DNA of 64,000 nt. Source: Mobula hypostoma (lineage: Eukaryota). Positions within the stretch are counted from its first letter, which is position 1. Each line of letters starts with the position of its first letter. The DNA lies in assembly GCF_963921235.1 (NCBI RefSeq), contig NC_086097.1, positions 31,126,001-31,190,000 on the forward strand, given 5' to 3'. Shown piece by piece: positions 51,836 to 64,000 of this stretch. A program made the translations under genes and the position numbers. Below the pieces are notes generated by a model that saw nothing but the letters and a program-made list of their open reading frames with translations, was not told the DNA's origin and made no database searches.

Positions 51836-52852
51836 TAACCATATAACAATTACAGCACGGAAACAGGCCATCTCGGCCCTTCTAGTCCATGCCGAACTCT
51901 TACTCTCACCTAGTCCCACCGACCTGCACTCAGCCCAGAACCCTCCATTCCTTTCCTGTCCATATAGCTGTCCAATTTAACTTTAAGCGACAACATCGAA
52001 CCTGCCTCAACCACTTCTGCTGGAAGCTCGTTCCACACAGCTACCACCCTCTGTGTAAAGAAGTTCCCCTTCATGTTACCCCTAAACTTTTGCCCTTTAA
52101 CTCTCAACTCATGTCCTCTTGTTTGAATGTCCCCCACTCTCAATGGAAAAAGCCTATCCACCTCAACTCTATCTATCCCCCTCATAATTTTAAATACCTC
52201 TATCAAGTCCCCCCTCAACCTTCTACACTCCAAAGAATAAAGACCCAATTTGTTCAACCTTTCTCTGTAACTTAGGTGATGAAACTCAGATAACATTCTA
52301 GTAAATCTTCTCTGTACTCTCTCTATTTTGTTGACATCTTTCCTATAATTCGGTGACCAAAACTGTACACAATACTCCAAGTTTGGCCTCACCAATGCCT
52401 TGTACAATTTCAACATTACATCCCAACTCCTATACTCAATGCTCTGATTTATAAAGGCCAGCATACCAAAAGCTTTCTTCACCACCCTATCCACATGAGA
52501 TTCCATCTTCAGGGAACTATGCACCATTATTCCTAGATCCCTTTGTTCTACTGCATTCTTCAATGCCCTACCATTTACCATGTATGTCCTATTTTGATTA
52601 GTCTTACTAAAATGTAGCACCTCACATTTATCGGCATTAAACTCCATCTGCCATCTTTCAGCCCACTCTTCTAACTGGCCTAAATCTCCCTGCAAGCTTT
52701 GAAGACCTACATCATTATCCACAACTCCACCTATCTTAGTATCATCTGCATACTTACTAATCCAATTTATCACACCATCATCCAGATCATTAATGTATAT
52801 GACAAACAACATTGGACCCAGTATAGGTCCCTGAGGCACACCACTAGTCACC
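51836..52852 (-). mobile_element. Young 5'-truncated CR1 LINE inserted into a Rex-like tail
   Basis: Uninterrupted frame from VTSGVPQG through KYADD to the natural stop at 51910; host sequence GTAGGTT|GTGGAATCAG is split. Confidence 0.95.
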
Positions 52853-53128
52853 AGTTGTGGAATCAGTTCAGTGTTGAGGTGAGTAAAGATGTCCACACCG
52901 TTTCAGGACCTGATAGCTGAAGGGTAATAACTGTCCTGAATCTGGTGGTATGGTACCTCCTGCCAGATGGTAGCAGTGGGAGGAGAGCATGGCCTGGATG
53001 ACTGGGGTCCTAGGTAATGGATGGTAGTGGTAGCACTTAATGTAAATGAACTCAATGGTTTACATGACCTTGTCCTGATGCAGGATCTCAGTCACAAACA
53101 TTGATCATCTTATTGCCTCCATGACCTA

Positions 53129-53698
<570 letters not shown>

Positions 53699-54228
53699 TT
53701 ATGTTGTGAAATTTATTACTGCATAGCGGTACTGTACAATACATAGAAAATTACTATGTCTCAATTATATATGTGTGCGTGTATTATAGAACTATATAAT
53801 TGTATATACAGTTTCTTCCTCTCCAACAACAGATTTGAGAACTCTCCATGAACCCATGAATCCTACCTTGCTATTTCTCTTTTGCACTATTTATTATATT
53901 TTCTATTACAACTTGCAGTAATTTTTGTCTCGCACTGTACCAAAGCTTCACAACAACAAATTTCATGACATGGATAGCAGTGATAATAAACTTAATTTTC
54001 ATTCTGATTTTAAATCTTTTGTTTTGTAGCAGCAGTACAGTTTAAAGATGTAAAAATGCAAAAATATGCAAGTAGTGCAAAGAAAAAGAATAGTGAGGCA
54101 GTGTTCATGGACCTTTCAGAAATCTGATAGTGGAGGAGAAGAAGTTTTTCCTGAATCATTGAATATGTGTCTTAAGCCTCTTGCACCTCACACAGATGGT
54201 AGCAATGAGAAGGGGGCATGTCCCGAAT

Positions 54229-54505
54229 GGTGAGGATAATGAAGATCAGTGAGATGGTGAGAATGACGGAGATTAGTGAGATGGTGAGGATGATGGAGAT
54301 TAGTGAGATGGTGAGGATGATGGAGATTAGTGAGATGGTGAGGATGATGGAGATTAGTGAGATGGTGAGGATGATGTGATTAGTGAGATGGTGAGAATGA
54401 TAGAGATTAGTGAGATGGTGAGGATGATGGAGATTAGTGAGATGGTGAGGATGATGGTGTTTAGTGAGATGGTGAGAATGATGGTGATTAGTGAGATTAG
54501 TGATA
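54229..54505. repeat. Minisatellite, about 27 bp unit x about 10
   Basis: GAGATTAGTGAGATGGTGAGGATGATG repeated head to tail inside a Rex-like fragment. Confidence 0.93.
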
Positions 54506-56334
54506 GATCCCGCCTTCTTGAGGCACCACTACAATGTTAGCATTCATTCTGAGAGGACTGGAATATAGCAGCAAGGATGTAATGCTGAGGTTTTGTAAAA
54601 AGAATTCAACGGTGGGGAAGGTTGTGTCCATGATAGAGCTGGCTGAGTCTACAACCCTCTGCAGCCTCTTGTGATCCTGTGCATTAGCGCCTCCATACCA
54701 GGCTGTTGTGCAAGCAAACACCAGTTCCCCCTCAGTTCCCTGCCCTTGCTGACATATTCACATCTTATTCCTGTCACTGCATGCTTCCATAGAAATATCT
54801 TCTGTAGAGATCACTCAGATAGTGCAAGGATGATTGGCAAGTATGGAACAAAGCACAATGTCACCTTCATCAAAATAAGAGAAGCACAATCAAACCCCAC
54901 CATACGAATGACAGAACTAGAAATTAATTTAATTATTTAAATTAAAATTAGTCTCAATGAAATCTTCAACCTTGAAGGAAGAATACAGAGTTAGTGGCAG
55001 GCTTCATAGCATGTTGAGGAACAGAGGGCCCTCCCACAGTTGCTGTGCAAGTTGATAGTGTGGTTAAGAAGCTGTATGATGTGTTGGCCTTCATTAGTTG
55101 TGGGATTGAGTTCAAGAGCTGCGAGGTAAAGCTGCAGCTCTATAAAACTCTGGTATGACCACACTTGAAATATTGTGTTCAGTTTTGGTCGCTTTCTTGA
55201 TATCAAGATTCCCTAGAATATTACCAGACTCCTCCCTGATCTCACTACCCTCTGTGTCCTTCTTGGTGAATACAAATGTGAAGTACTCAGTTTACCACTT
55301 CTACTGCCTCTGATTGAAGAGATAACTTCTTTCCTTTGTCCTTGAGTGGGCCTACCCTCTCCCTACTTACTCTCTTATTTTTTTAATATATGCACAAAAT
55401 GCCTTGGGATTCTCTTTAATCCTACCCACCAAGGTTGTCTTGTGACCCCTTTTCACCCTCCTGATTCCCAGCTTCAGTTCTCGCCTGCTTCCTCCAGGGC
55501 TCTGACTGATAATCAGTTTTCTAAACCTCTCTATTTTGCAACACCTCTTGTCATCCAAGGTTTCCGAATCTTCCTGTCTCGTCCTTGTTCTTTGCAGAAA
55601 CTTTACAGCACAGTAAAGGCCCACCAGTCTACGATGTTGTGCCGATATTTGAACCTAACCCACGATCAATCTAACCCTCCCTCCCACATAGCCTTCCATT
55701 TTTCTATTCTCCATGTGCCAATCTAAGAGTTTATTAATGCCTATCTAGGAGTTTCTTTAAAATATCTGATGAAGTAGCCCCTATCAGCACCCCTGGCAGT
55801 GTGTCCCACTCTGTGTAAAACAATCTACCTCTGACATCCCTTCTATACTTTCCATCAAGCACCTTGAAATTATGCCCCCCCCCCCTTATGTTAGCTATTT
55901 CTGCCCTGGGAAAAAAAGGTCTCTGGCTATCCACTATTAGAGCTGTACTTGAGAATGTCACACTCAATTACAACATTATTCAAAAATACTGATCTGCAGA
56001 AACTGCTAAAGCCAACCACAAGCAGAAGAGAAAAGTAACACAATGACGTAATGTTTAGGACAGACTGTACAAAAGCAGCGGAAACAGACTGATGTCGCAT
56101 TCTATAACAATAACACATATGTCTGTCTTTTATTTCTCCCAATGCTTTTCCACTTCCATCTAGCTTTTGAGATGGGGCAAAATCTGAGCTCTACTTTAAT
56201 TTTTGTTGAAGTTATTTAATTTTCAAATACTTGTCCTGAAGATTTGGTCTGCTGCTAAGTAAATTGCAAGAGTTTACACAACACACAGAACACACATACA
56301 TTTTGTTGTGTAAACTCTTGCAACCTACCAAGGA

Positions 56335-56700
56335 ACTGTGGAAAGAAATAAACAGCTGATGTCTCGGGCCGAAACCCTTCATCACGACTGGAAAGGAAAG
56401 GGGAAGAAGCCAGAATAAGAAGGGAGAGGAAGGAGGACAAGCTGGCAGGTGATAGGTGAGATCAGGTGAGGAGGAATGTGGGTGGGTGGGGATGTAGTGA
56501 GAAACTGAGAGATGATAGATGGAAAAGGTAAAGGGTTGAAGAAGAAGGAATGTAACAGGAGAGAAGAATGGACCATGGGAGAATGGTAAGGAGGAGGGCA
56601 CCAGAAGGAGGTGATGGGCAGGTGAGGAGAAGAGAAGGGATAAGAGGGGGACCAGAATGGGGAATGAAAAGAGAGAAGGGGAAGGAGACAGAGATTACAC
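56335..56700 (-). mobile_element. Penelope-like 3' UTR with degenerate hammerhead motif
   Basis: Antisense homologue of 15220-15560; minus strand CAGTC GTGATGA AGGGTTTCGGCCC GAGA CATC. Confidence 0.75.
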
Positions 56701-57246
56701 AATTAGGATTTGAAAGTTATACAACTGCTAGAGTATCATGATCGAATGGATTTTCATTCAACACCTCCATTATTGTACTGGCTCGTTCTCAGGGGCTGAG
56801 ACCCTCTGGTAAGTCTGCCCCATCTGACTTGACATAACTATTAATAATATGGGAACATAAGCTTGTGACAATATCTAGTGCTGTTGCACCGCAAATCCCC
56901 AGCGAATTCATTTGCCAGCAGAAGAGGTTGGACGTATTTGTGGAACTGTTTTGCTCAACAGCTTCTCAGACTGATGACAGGATTTTCAGAATCACTCTGA
57001 CACCAGCTGCTCTTTGCATCAGATTGTAGCCGGAACAGGAAGAGACTGTGCAAGGGATTAGAGGGGGATGAGCGAGTGCAAGTGATCCGTCGAGCGAGAG
57101 CGCACATCACATTAGGCCCAAATATTCTGTTGCTAATGAATGGCATCACGTGTCTGTTAAAAGGAGCAGAGCTGTGGGTTGAGTTTGGAGAGCTGGTTTC
57201 ATGTCTCTGCAATGCAGATTCTGAACTGTCAACCAAAGTCCAAACA

Positions 57247-57279
<33 letters not shown>

Positions 57280-58132
57280 ATGCTATTGCAACAGAAGAGA
57301 ACTTATTAAATGGCATCTTAGCGAAACAGATTAAAATAAACTAATAAACTCTGGTTAGACCATAATTGGAATATTCTATTCAGTTCATTATAGAAGACGT
57401 GGAATCTTTGGAGAGGGTGTAGAGGAGATTTACCTGGGTTAGTGTAGTGCTGTAGTGCTCTATGACTGTAAAATTACAGGCAGACCAAAGTCAGGCAACC
57501 TGGGTCTCCATCTCCCTGCAGCACAGTAGAGTGAATTAGCCCTCAATGCCAGAGCTCTCCAGGGGCACCCAGTTCCACTGGATGCTACTGACATGGCATA
57601 TGTCTGCCAATGATCATTAGGAATTTGAAGAACTACCCCCTCTTCTTATCAAAGTGAATTGGATCGGCATATTGGCCGTCCTGACACACTGGACTGGCCC
57701 ACCATCCCAATTTAGTAGGGTTGCCAATCCTTAAGACTGACCTGAAATTATAGGAACTGATAATTAGACAGATTCAGATATATTTATCACATGTACATTG
57801 AATCATACAATGAAACTGGTCGTTTGTTTTATCAGCACAACCTAAGGATGTCCTGTTTACTGCTACAAACAAGCAAAGAGAAAAACCATGAATTTTAAAC
57901 AACAGCATTTCTCCCAACAGATATGTTAGGCAAGTGATGGTAGGGGTCGCAGATAATGCTGTTAGCAGGAGGTTATCTGATGAAACCTCAAAGTTCATCG
58001 TTCAAAGTAAATTTATTATCAAAGTATGCATATGTTACAGCCAACAGTGCAAAAGAAAGCACACTGTGCAAATAAAAAATACTCTGAACAAGAGATGTAA
58101 AAAATCCTTAAAAGTGATCCTGTGGATTGTTG

Positions 58133-58329
58133 TGTAGGGTAATGTACATAATTCACAATCACCAACATTGAGTTGGGTTCACTTTAAGAGGCTGGTCTGA
58201 TGAAATGGCGTAATTATGTGAAGTTCTGCTACTGTGCTTCGTGTTCAGTTTTCGGAGTACAATAAATGAGTTGTTATGGCTTTTCTTAAACATAAATTGC
58301 CTCACATCATTTATTTGTGAAAGCCTACA
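58133..58329 (+). mobile_element. Probable 197-bp solo LTR
   Basis: TGTAGG...CCTACA inverted termini, internal AATAAA, flanks GTTG/GTAG (3 of 4 TSD match); splits a Rex-like tail. Confidence 0.65.
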
Positions 58330-59376
58330 GTAGAATCAGTTGCGAGTTGTGGTGAGTGAAGTTATCCACTCTGGTTCAGGAGCCTGATGGCTCTGGAACC
58401 CGGTGGTGTGGGACCTAAGGCTTCTGCACCCCCCAGCCTGATGGTAGAAGCCAGAACACATTCAATCAAGAGCTAGCAACCTTAATTCCCAGGAGGGCTG
58501 AATTGTGAAGTAGTGTGTGTATGGAAGAATGGACCCCTGTTTGCTCTCTGCAGGAGAATGAAGGGAACATTAAGGTTTGTATATAAACGGGAGCATAAAA
58601 AATACAGAACTTCTCCTTGGATTGCTCCAAGACTGAGTGTCCTGTCAAACAACATCAGGCGGTTTCAAATGACAAGCTGTGGCTGGGCTGCAATGAGCCT
58701 TTTCTGATGTCACACTCACTTCCTTCATTTTCCTGATACTATAATGTTCGCTTTCAAATGTCTGCGTGGTCAGACCTGCCGCCAGCTCCAACACTAGCAA
58801 TTTCTGGAGCCCAAATTCAGCTTCCACCTCAATGAACACCCTGTTTCACTTTATGAATGACATTTTGTCTATTTAGTTTCTGCAGCACAGAAACAAATTT
58901 TAGGATCATTCTCTGGCCCACCATCAAGCTTTCTAGCCCAGCCAAGGTACTTTTATCACGAGCGAGGTCATGAACCCTGCCTGAGTTTTCACTCCCTCAA
59001 CCCTGCAGTGATTAAAGCCATTTTTAACCAGGCTGAACCATGAGGGCTGACAACACTGAAATCTCTGTGCTTATTCATTGCCATAGCAGTTCAAAAATAC
59101 TAGCATGAGCCCGAGACTAGGTCTCACCTCTGCATCAATCTCTGCTTCAGAAATAACTTACCCAAATGCAGTGCCTCTACCATGGCCAATCCTTGTGGCT
59201 GAACAATCTGGAACTCAGGTCTAAAGCTTCCCTCAAACTCACTCTCAAGAAATTTTTAACTGAAGCCCCTCATGACTAACTCTTCCCATTATTCAATCAG
59301 AGGAAACAGTCTAACTGCATCCATAATAACCTTTTGAACAGCATGTTAAAAAAAGATTAGCTTTATTTGTCACATA

Positions 59377-60987
59377 CAGTGGCATGCAAAAGTTTGGGCA
59401 CCCCTGGTCAAAATTTCTGTTACTGTGAATAGCTAAGCGAGTAAAAGATGACCTGATTTCCAAAAGGCATAAAGTTAAAGATGACACATTTCTTTAATAT
59501 TTTAGGCAAGATTACTTTTTTATTTCCATCTTTTACAGTTCCAAAATAACAAAAAAGGAAAAGTGCCCAAAGCAAAAGTTTGGGCACCCTGCATGGTCAG
59601 TACTTAGTAACACCCCCTTTGGCAAGTATCACAGCTTGTAAACGCTTTTTGTAGCCAGCTAAGAGTCTTTCAATTCTTGTTTGGGGGATTTTCACCCATT
59701 CTTCCTTGCAAAAGGCTTCCAGTCTGTCAGATTCTTAGGCCGTCTTGCATGCACTGCTCTTCTGAGGTCGATCCACAGATTTTCAATGGTGTTTAGGTTG
59801 GGAACTGTGAAGGCCATGGCAAAACCTTCAGTTTGCATCTCTTGAGGTAATCCATTGTGGATTCTGAGGTATGTTTAGGATTATTACCCTGTTGTAGAAG
59901 TCATCCTCTTTTCATCTTCAGCTTTTTTTTTACAGACGGTGTGATGTTTGCTTCCAGAATTTGCTGATATTTAATTGAATTCATTCTTCCCTCTACCAGT
60001 GAAATGTTCCCCATGCCACTGGCTGCAACACAAGCCCAAAGTATGATCAATCCACCCCCGTGCTTAACAGTTGGAGAGGTATTCTTTTCATGAAATTCTG
60101 CACCTTTTTTCTCCAAATATACCTTTGCTCATTGCAGCCAAAAAGTTCTATTTTAACTTCATCAGTCCACAGGACTTGTTTCCAAAATGCATCAGGCTTG
60201 TTCAGATGTTCCTTTGCAAACTTCTGACGCTGAATTTTATGGTGAGGACACAGGAAAGGTTTTCTTCTGATGACTCTTCCATGAAGGTCATATTTGTGCA
60301 GGTGCTGCTACACAGTAGAACGGTGCACCACTACTCCAGAGTCTGCTAAATCTTCTTGAAGGTCTTTTGAAGTCAAATGGGGGTTTTGATTTGCCTTTCT
60401 AGCAATCCTACAAGCAGTTCTCTCGGAAAGTTTTCTTGGTCTTCCAGACCTCATCTTGACCTCCACCATTCCTGTTAACTGCCATTTCTTAATTACATTA
60501 CGAACTGAGGAAACGCCTACCTGAAAGCACTTTGCTATCTTCTTATAGCCTTCTCCTGCTTTGTGGGCATCAATTATTTTAATTTTCAGAGTGCTGGGCA
60601 GCTGCTTAGAGGAGCCCATGACTGGTGATTGTTGGGGCAAGGTTTGAGGAGTCAGGGTATTTATAAAGCTTTGAAATTTGCATAACCTGGCCTTTCCTAA
60701 CGAAGGTTGTGAACAAGCCATAGCCCTAACAAGCTAATTAAGGTCTAAGACCTTGGTAAAAGTTATCTGAGAGCTCAAATCATATGGAGTGCCCAAACTT
60801 TTGCTTGGTGCTCCTTTTGTTTTTTTCACTCTAAAATTGTACAAAATAAAAATAATACACTAATTTTGCTTAAGATGTTGAAAAGAATGCTTCATCTTTA
60901 ACTATGATTTTCAGAGATCAGTTCATCTTCTACTCACTTAACTATTCAAAATTTTGACCGGGGTGCCCAAACTTTTGCGTGCCACTT
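59377..60987 (-). mobile_element. Full-length Tc1/mariner IR-DR transposon (1.61 kb)
   Basis: CAGTGGCATGCAAAAGTTTGGGCACCCC / GGGGTGCCCAAACTTTTGCGTGCCACTT termini, TA TSD, imperfect TIRs of about 210 bp with inner direct repeats (about 59572 and 60788); inserted in a SINE tail. Confidence 0.95.
59597..60619 (-). pseudogene. Tc1 DD34E-type transposase, inactivated
   Basis: MGSSKQL..GEGYKKIAK..SGRPRK, WTDEVKIELFG, KHGGGLIILW, QQGNNPKHT (second catalytic D replaced by G), ..GGVTKY*; at least two stops and two frameshifts. Confidence 0.92.
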
Positions 60988-62790
60988 TATATAATCAAAA
61001 TATACAGTGAAATGCGATATTCGAGTCAATGACCAACACTTGCAGGCTGCCCCCACCATTCTCGTACTGTTGGTCATTGACACAAGCAACACATTTCACT
61101 GTATATTTCATTGTACATGTGACAATTAAAGCTAATTGTATCTTCAATCTATATTGCTGCCGCAAAATAAAAAATTTCACTACTTACATCAGTAACAATG
61201 AACATGATTCTCATTCTGAGACTCAGGACAGAAGCAAGCACAAGGTTCCTAACAAGTAAGAGGTAAACTGTTCAGGTAAAAAGATTAGGTCATGAGGATA
61301 ACAAAGCACAGGGAAAAAAACTGGATATTATGTCAATAACTATCACAGGGAAAAAGGAATAATTTACATGGTTATAAGAGCTAGCAGTTGCTGGGCAGGA
61401 TTTCACCTCTGATGGTAACAGTGTGATTCTGAGAAACTAGCAAGGGAGTTAATCTGCATTTAAAACAAGTGCGTAATTAATAGACATTGAAAAGCTAACA
61501 TTACTGTCTCCTCTCTCCTCTCGATGCATGCTCTCCACGATCAAGGTGAAACTAAATTCATTAACGTGTTGGAATAAGTCAAGAATCAAAAGCTCACAAA
61601 AGATCCTTGACATGAGTAGAATTTCAAGAAGCTGAAGCGCTAATGAGTCAATACGTGTCAATAGAATCTCTAATATACAAAAAAATACACCCTTTGTTTG
61701 ATGGCAGAGTCACACAGATCAAACTGGGCTCAGATTCCATGTTCAGTGAGGGAAGAAATGAATATTGAAAGGCCTAGAGAGAGTGGACGTAAACAGCATG
61801 TTTCCAATAGTGGGAGAATCTAGGACTAGAGGGTCTCAGAATAGAAGTTCATCCCTTTGGAGCAAAGATGAGGAGGAATTTCTGCTGCCGCTAAGTTAAC
61901 AAATTTCATGACATACGCCGGTAATATTAAATGTGATTCTGATTCTGAGTTGCAGGTTGTGAATCTGTGGTATTCGTTGCCATGGCCAAGACACTGGATA
62001 TATTTAAAGTGGAGGTTCATAGGTTCTTGCTTAGTAAGGGCATTAAAGGTTATGCGGAGAATGCAGGGAAATGGGGATGAGAGGGAAAATAAATCAGTTA
62101 TGAATGAATAGCAGAACAGACTTGACGGGTTGAATGGGCTAATTCTGCTCCTCTGTCTTGTGGTCTTACAGTCTTTCAAACTTGCAAGTGTACGCACATA
62201 TTAGTCCAAGGGTAACATGAAAAACTGAAGAATTCCCAGCCTCTTCCCCGACTGAGGGAGAAGTACTAGTGAGCTCACATGAGGGAAGAACGGCCAGATA
62301 AAATACACACCACAGTGCCTGGGATCAACGTAGCTGGACATAGTGGAGAGAAATGTCAGAGATCAGTCTGAATATACATGATACCTCTTTGCGAGGTTGT
62401 TAACTGGATTGCCAAGATGTCTCATCGCCAAACCCTATTCTGCTGATTACAGATAACTCACAGGATGCTACAATATAGGTGGACATTAGGCTGATCAAAT
62501 GTTAAAGGTGAACATGGTAGGAGCCCTTCTGATGCAGTGGTTGACATTTACTACTGGCCGAACTCAAACAACATAATCTGTTGGCTTGTAGTATTGCTAA
62601 CTGTGGAAACTTGCCATGGAATAGAAGGCTACTGCAATCATCAGTCACTACATTTAAAATAAACTTTAGAGTGCCTGTAGTGAAGATAGAATAAAAATAA
62701 AGGCATTTATATTTCTTCTTTTTAATTAATTATGACCACATTTCTAAATAAAAGAGCATAGTGGAGACCCTCATGCCTTTGAAAGAAAAA

Positions 62791-63122
62791 GGGCAGCACA
62801 TAACATAGCAGTTAGCACAATGCTTTACAGCGCCAATGATAACTGATCAGGGTTTAATTCCCACTGCAGTCAGTAAGGCGTTGGTCTCCCCATGATCAAC
62901 TGGGCTTTCCCTGGGTGTTCCAGTTTCCTCTCACATTACAAAAATGTACAGCTTAGGGTTAGAGAGTTGTGGGCATGCTATCTTGGGACCAGAAGTGTGG
63001 CAACACTTGCAAGCTGCTCCCCCCACCAGGACATCCTCAAACTATGTTGGTTGTTGACACAAAAGACACATTTCACTGTATGCTTCAATGACTCAATGTA
63101 TATATAACATATAAAGCTAATT
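62791..63122 (+). mobile_element. V-domain tRNA-SINE
   Basis: GGGCAGCACATAACATAGCAGTTAGCAC head, GGGTTTAATTCCC B box, V core and tail. Confidence 0.8.
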
Positions 63123-63496
63123 TCTTTAATCACTTCTAATTTTTTTTGACCACATTACTTGAGAAAATAGCACAGTGGAGATCCTTATGCCTTTTAACCT
63201 GAATGCATCTGTTCCTCTAATGTGGTTTAGGAGGCTCAAAAATAGAATTATTGTACTAATAATGGGGCTAATTAAAGAACAGTAGGCTGCTATTTATCTT
63301 AAGAGCATTCACAATTCCCAGTAGTTATCTCCATAATAATACCCCTTTAGTTTCACTGGGTTCATGGTATCTGTATGGTGGAAAATTTACCCCACCCTGC
63401 TGTCCATATCCAGTTATTGTCTCAGGGCTACAGTGAGATTGGCCAGGGTCTCAGCTGGAAAAGTTTGGGGAAATAATAATGACAATCATCAATATA

Positions 63497-63990
63497 AACA
63501 CAGATATTCTGCAGATGCTGGAATTCCAGAGCATCACACACAAAATGCTGGAGGAACTCAGCAGGTCAGGCAGCAGCTAAGGAGAGGAATAAAGAGTCAA
63601 TGTCCCTGGCCAAGATCCTTCATCAAGGACCATCCTCAGCATCCAGACTACCCAAAAGCCATCAGATGAAGACAGGTTCAGCAGCAGTTAACAGGCTCCA
63701 CACATTCACTAACTTGGATTTAAACTATCATGATCAAGGCACTGCAAGGCCAAAGTCAGTATAGTTTCCTTAAGGGGAAATCTTCTCTGACAAATCTTTT
63801 GGAATTCTTCAAGGAAATAACAGACAGTATAGACGAAGAATCAGTAGATGCTGTTTACTTGGGAGTTTCGGAAGGATTTGACATGACCTTGCATATGAGG
63901 CTGCTAAAAACAGTAAGAGCCCTTGGTACTACAGGAAAGATACTAGCATGGACAGAAGATAGGCCTTTTGTTGGCCGCTGGTGACTGTGA
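63497..63990. mobile_element. Penelope-derived fragment (minus, 63497-63630) and CR1 RT fragment (plus, 63750-63990)
   Basis: CTGCAGATGCTGG..GGAACTCAGCAGGTCAGGCAGC; FLKGKSSLTNLLEFF. Confidence 0.75.
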
Positions 63991-64000
63991 ATTTATGGCA

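Overview
Eukaryotic, repeat-saturated vertebrate DNA, most likely from a cartilaginous fish (ray or shark; inferred from the repeat families, not proven). The whole window lies inside one minus-strand gene, BRF1 (TFIIIB subunit for RNA polymerase III). Six GT-AG coding exons are present: 53386-53535, 35462-35555, 22299-22425, 19703-19742, 18832-18924 and 6851-7132. They splice in frame and correspond to about human exons 6-11; the gene runs off both ends. The introns hold nested CR1 and Rex1/Babar LINE fragments, V-domain tRNA-SINEs, a young SINE with target-site duplication (TSD), a full-length dead IR-DR Tc1 transposon, a Gypsy element lacking protease/RT/RNase H, two solo LTRs and a hAT MITE. 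The most notable signal is a family of short Penelope-derived insertions carrying a minimal hammerhead-ribozyme motif, with 13-15 bp TSDs, two of them arranged as fold-back hairpins. Also notable are a consensus alternative BRF1 splice donor that would create a premature stop, and a 28-bp apparent templated insertion. Transposon boundaries without a stated TSD are approximate. No prokaryotic features or CRISPR arrays were seen.
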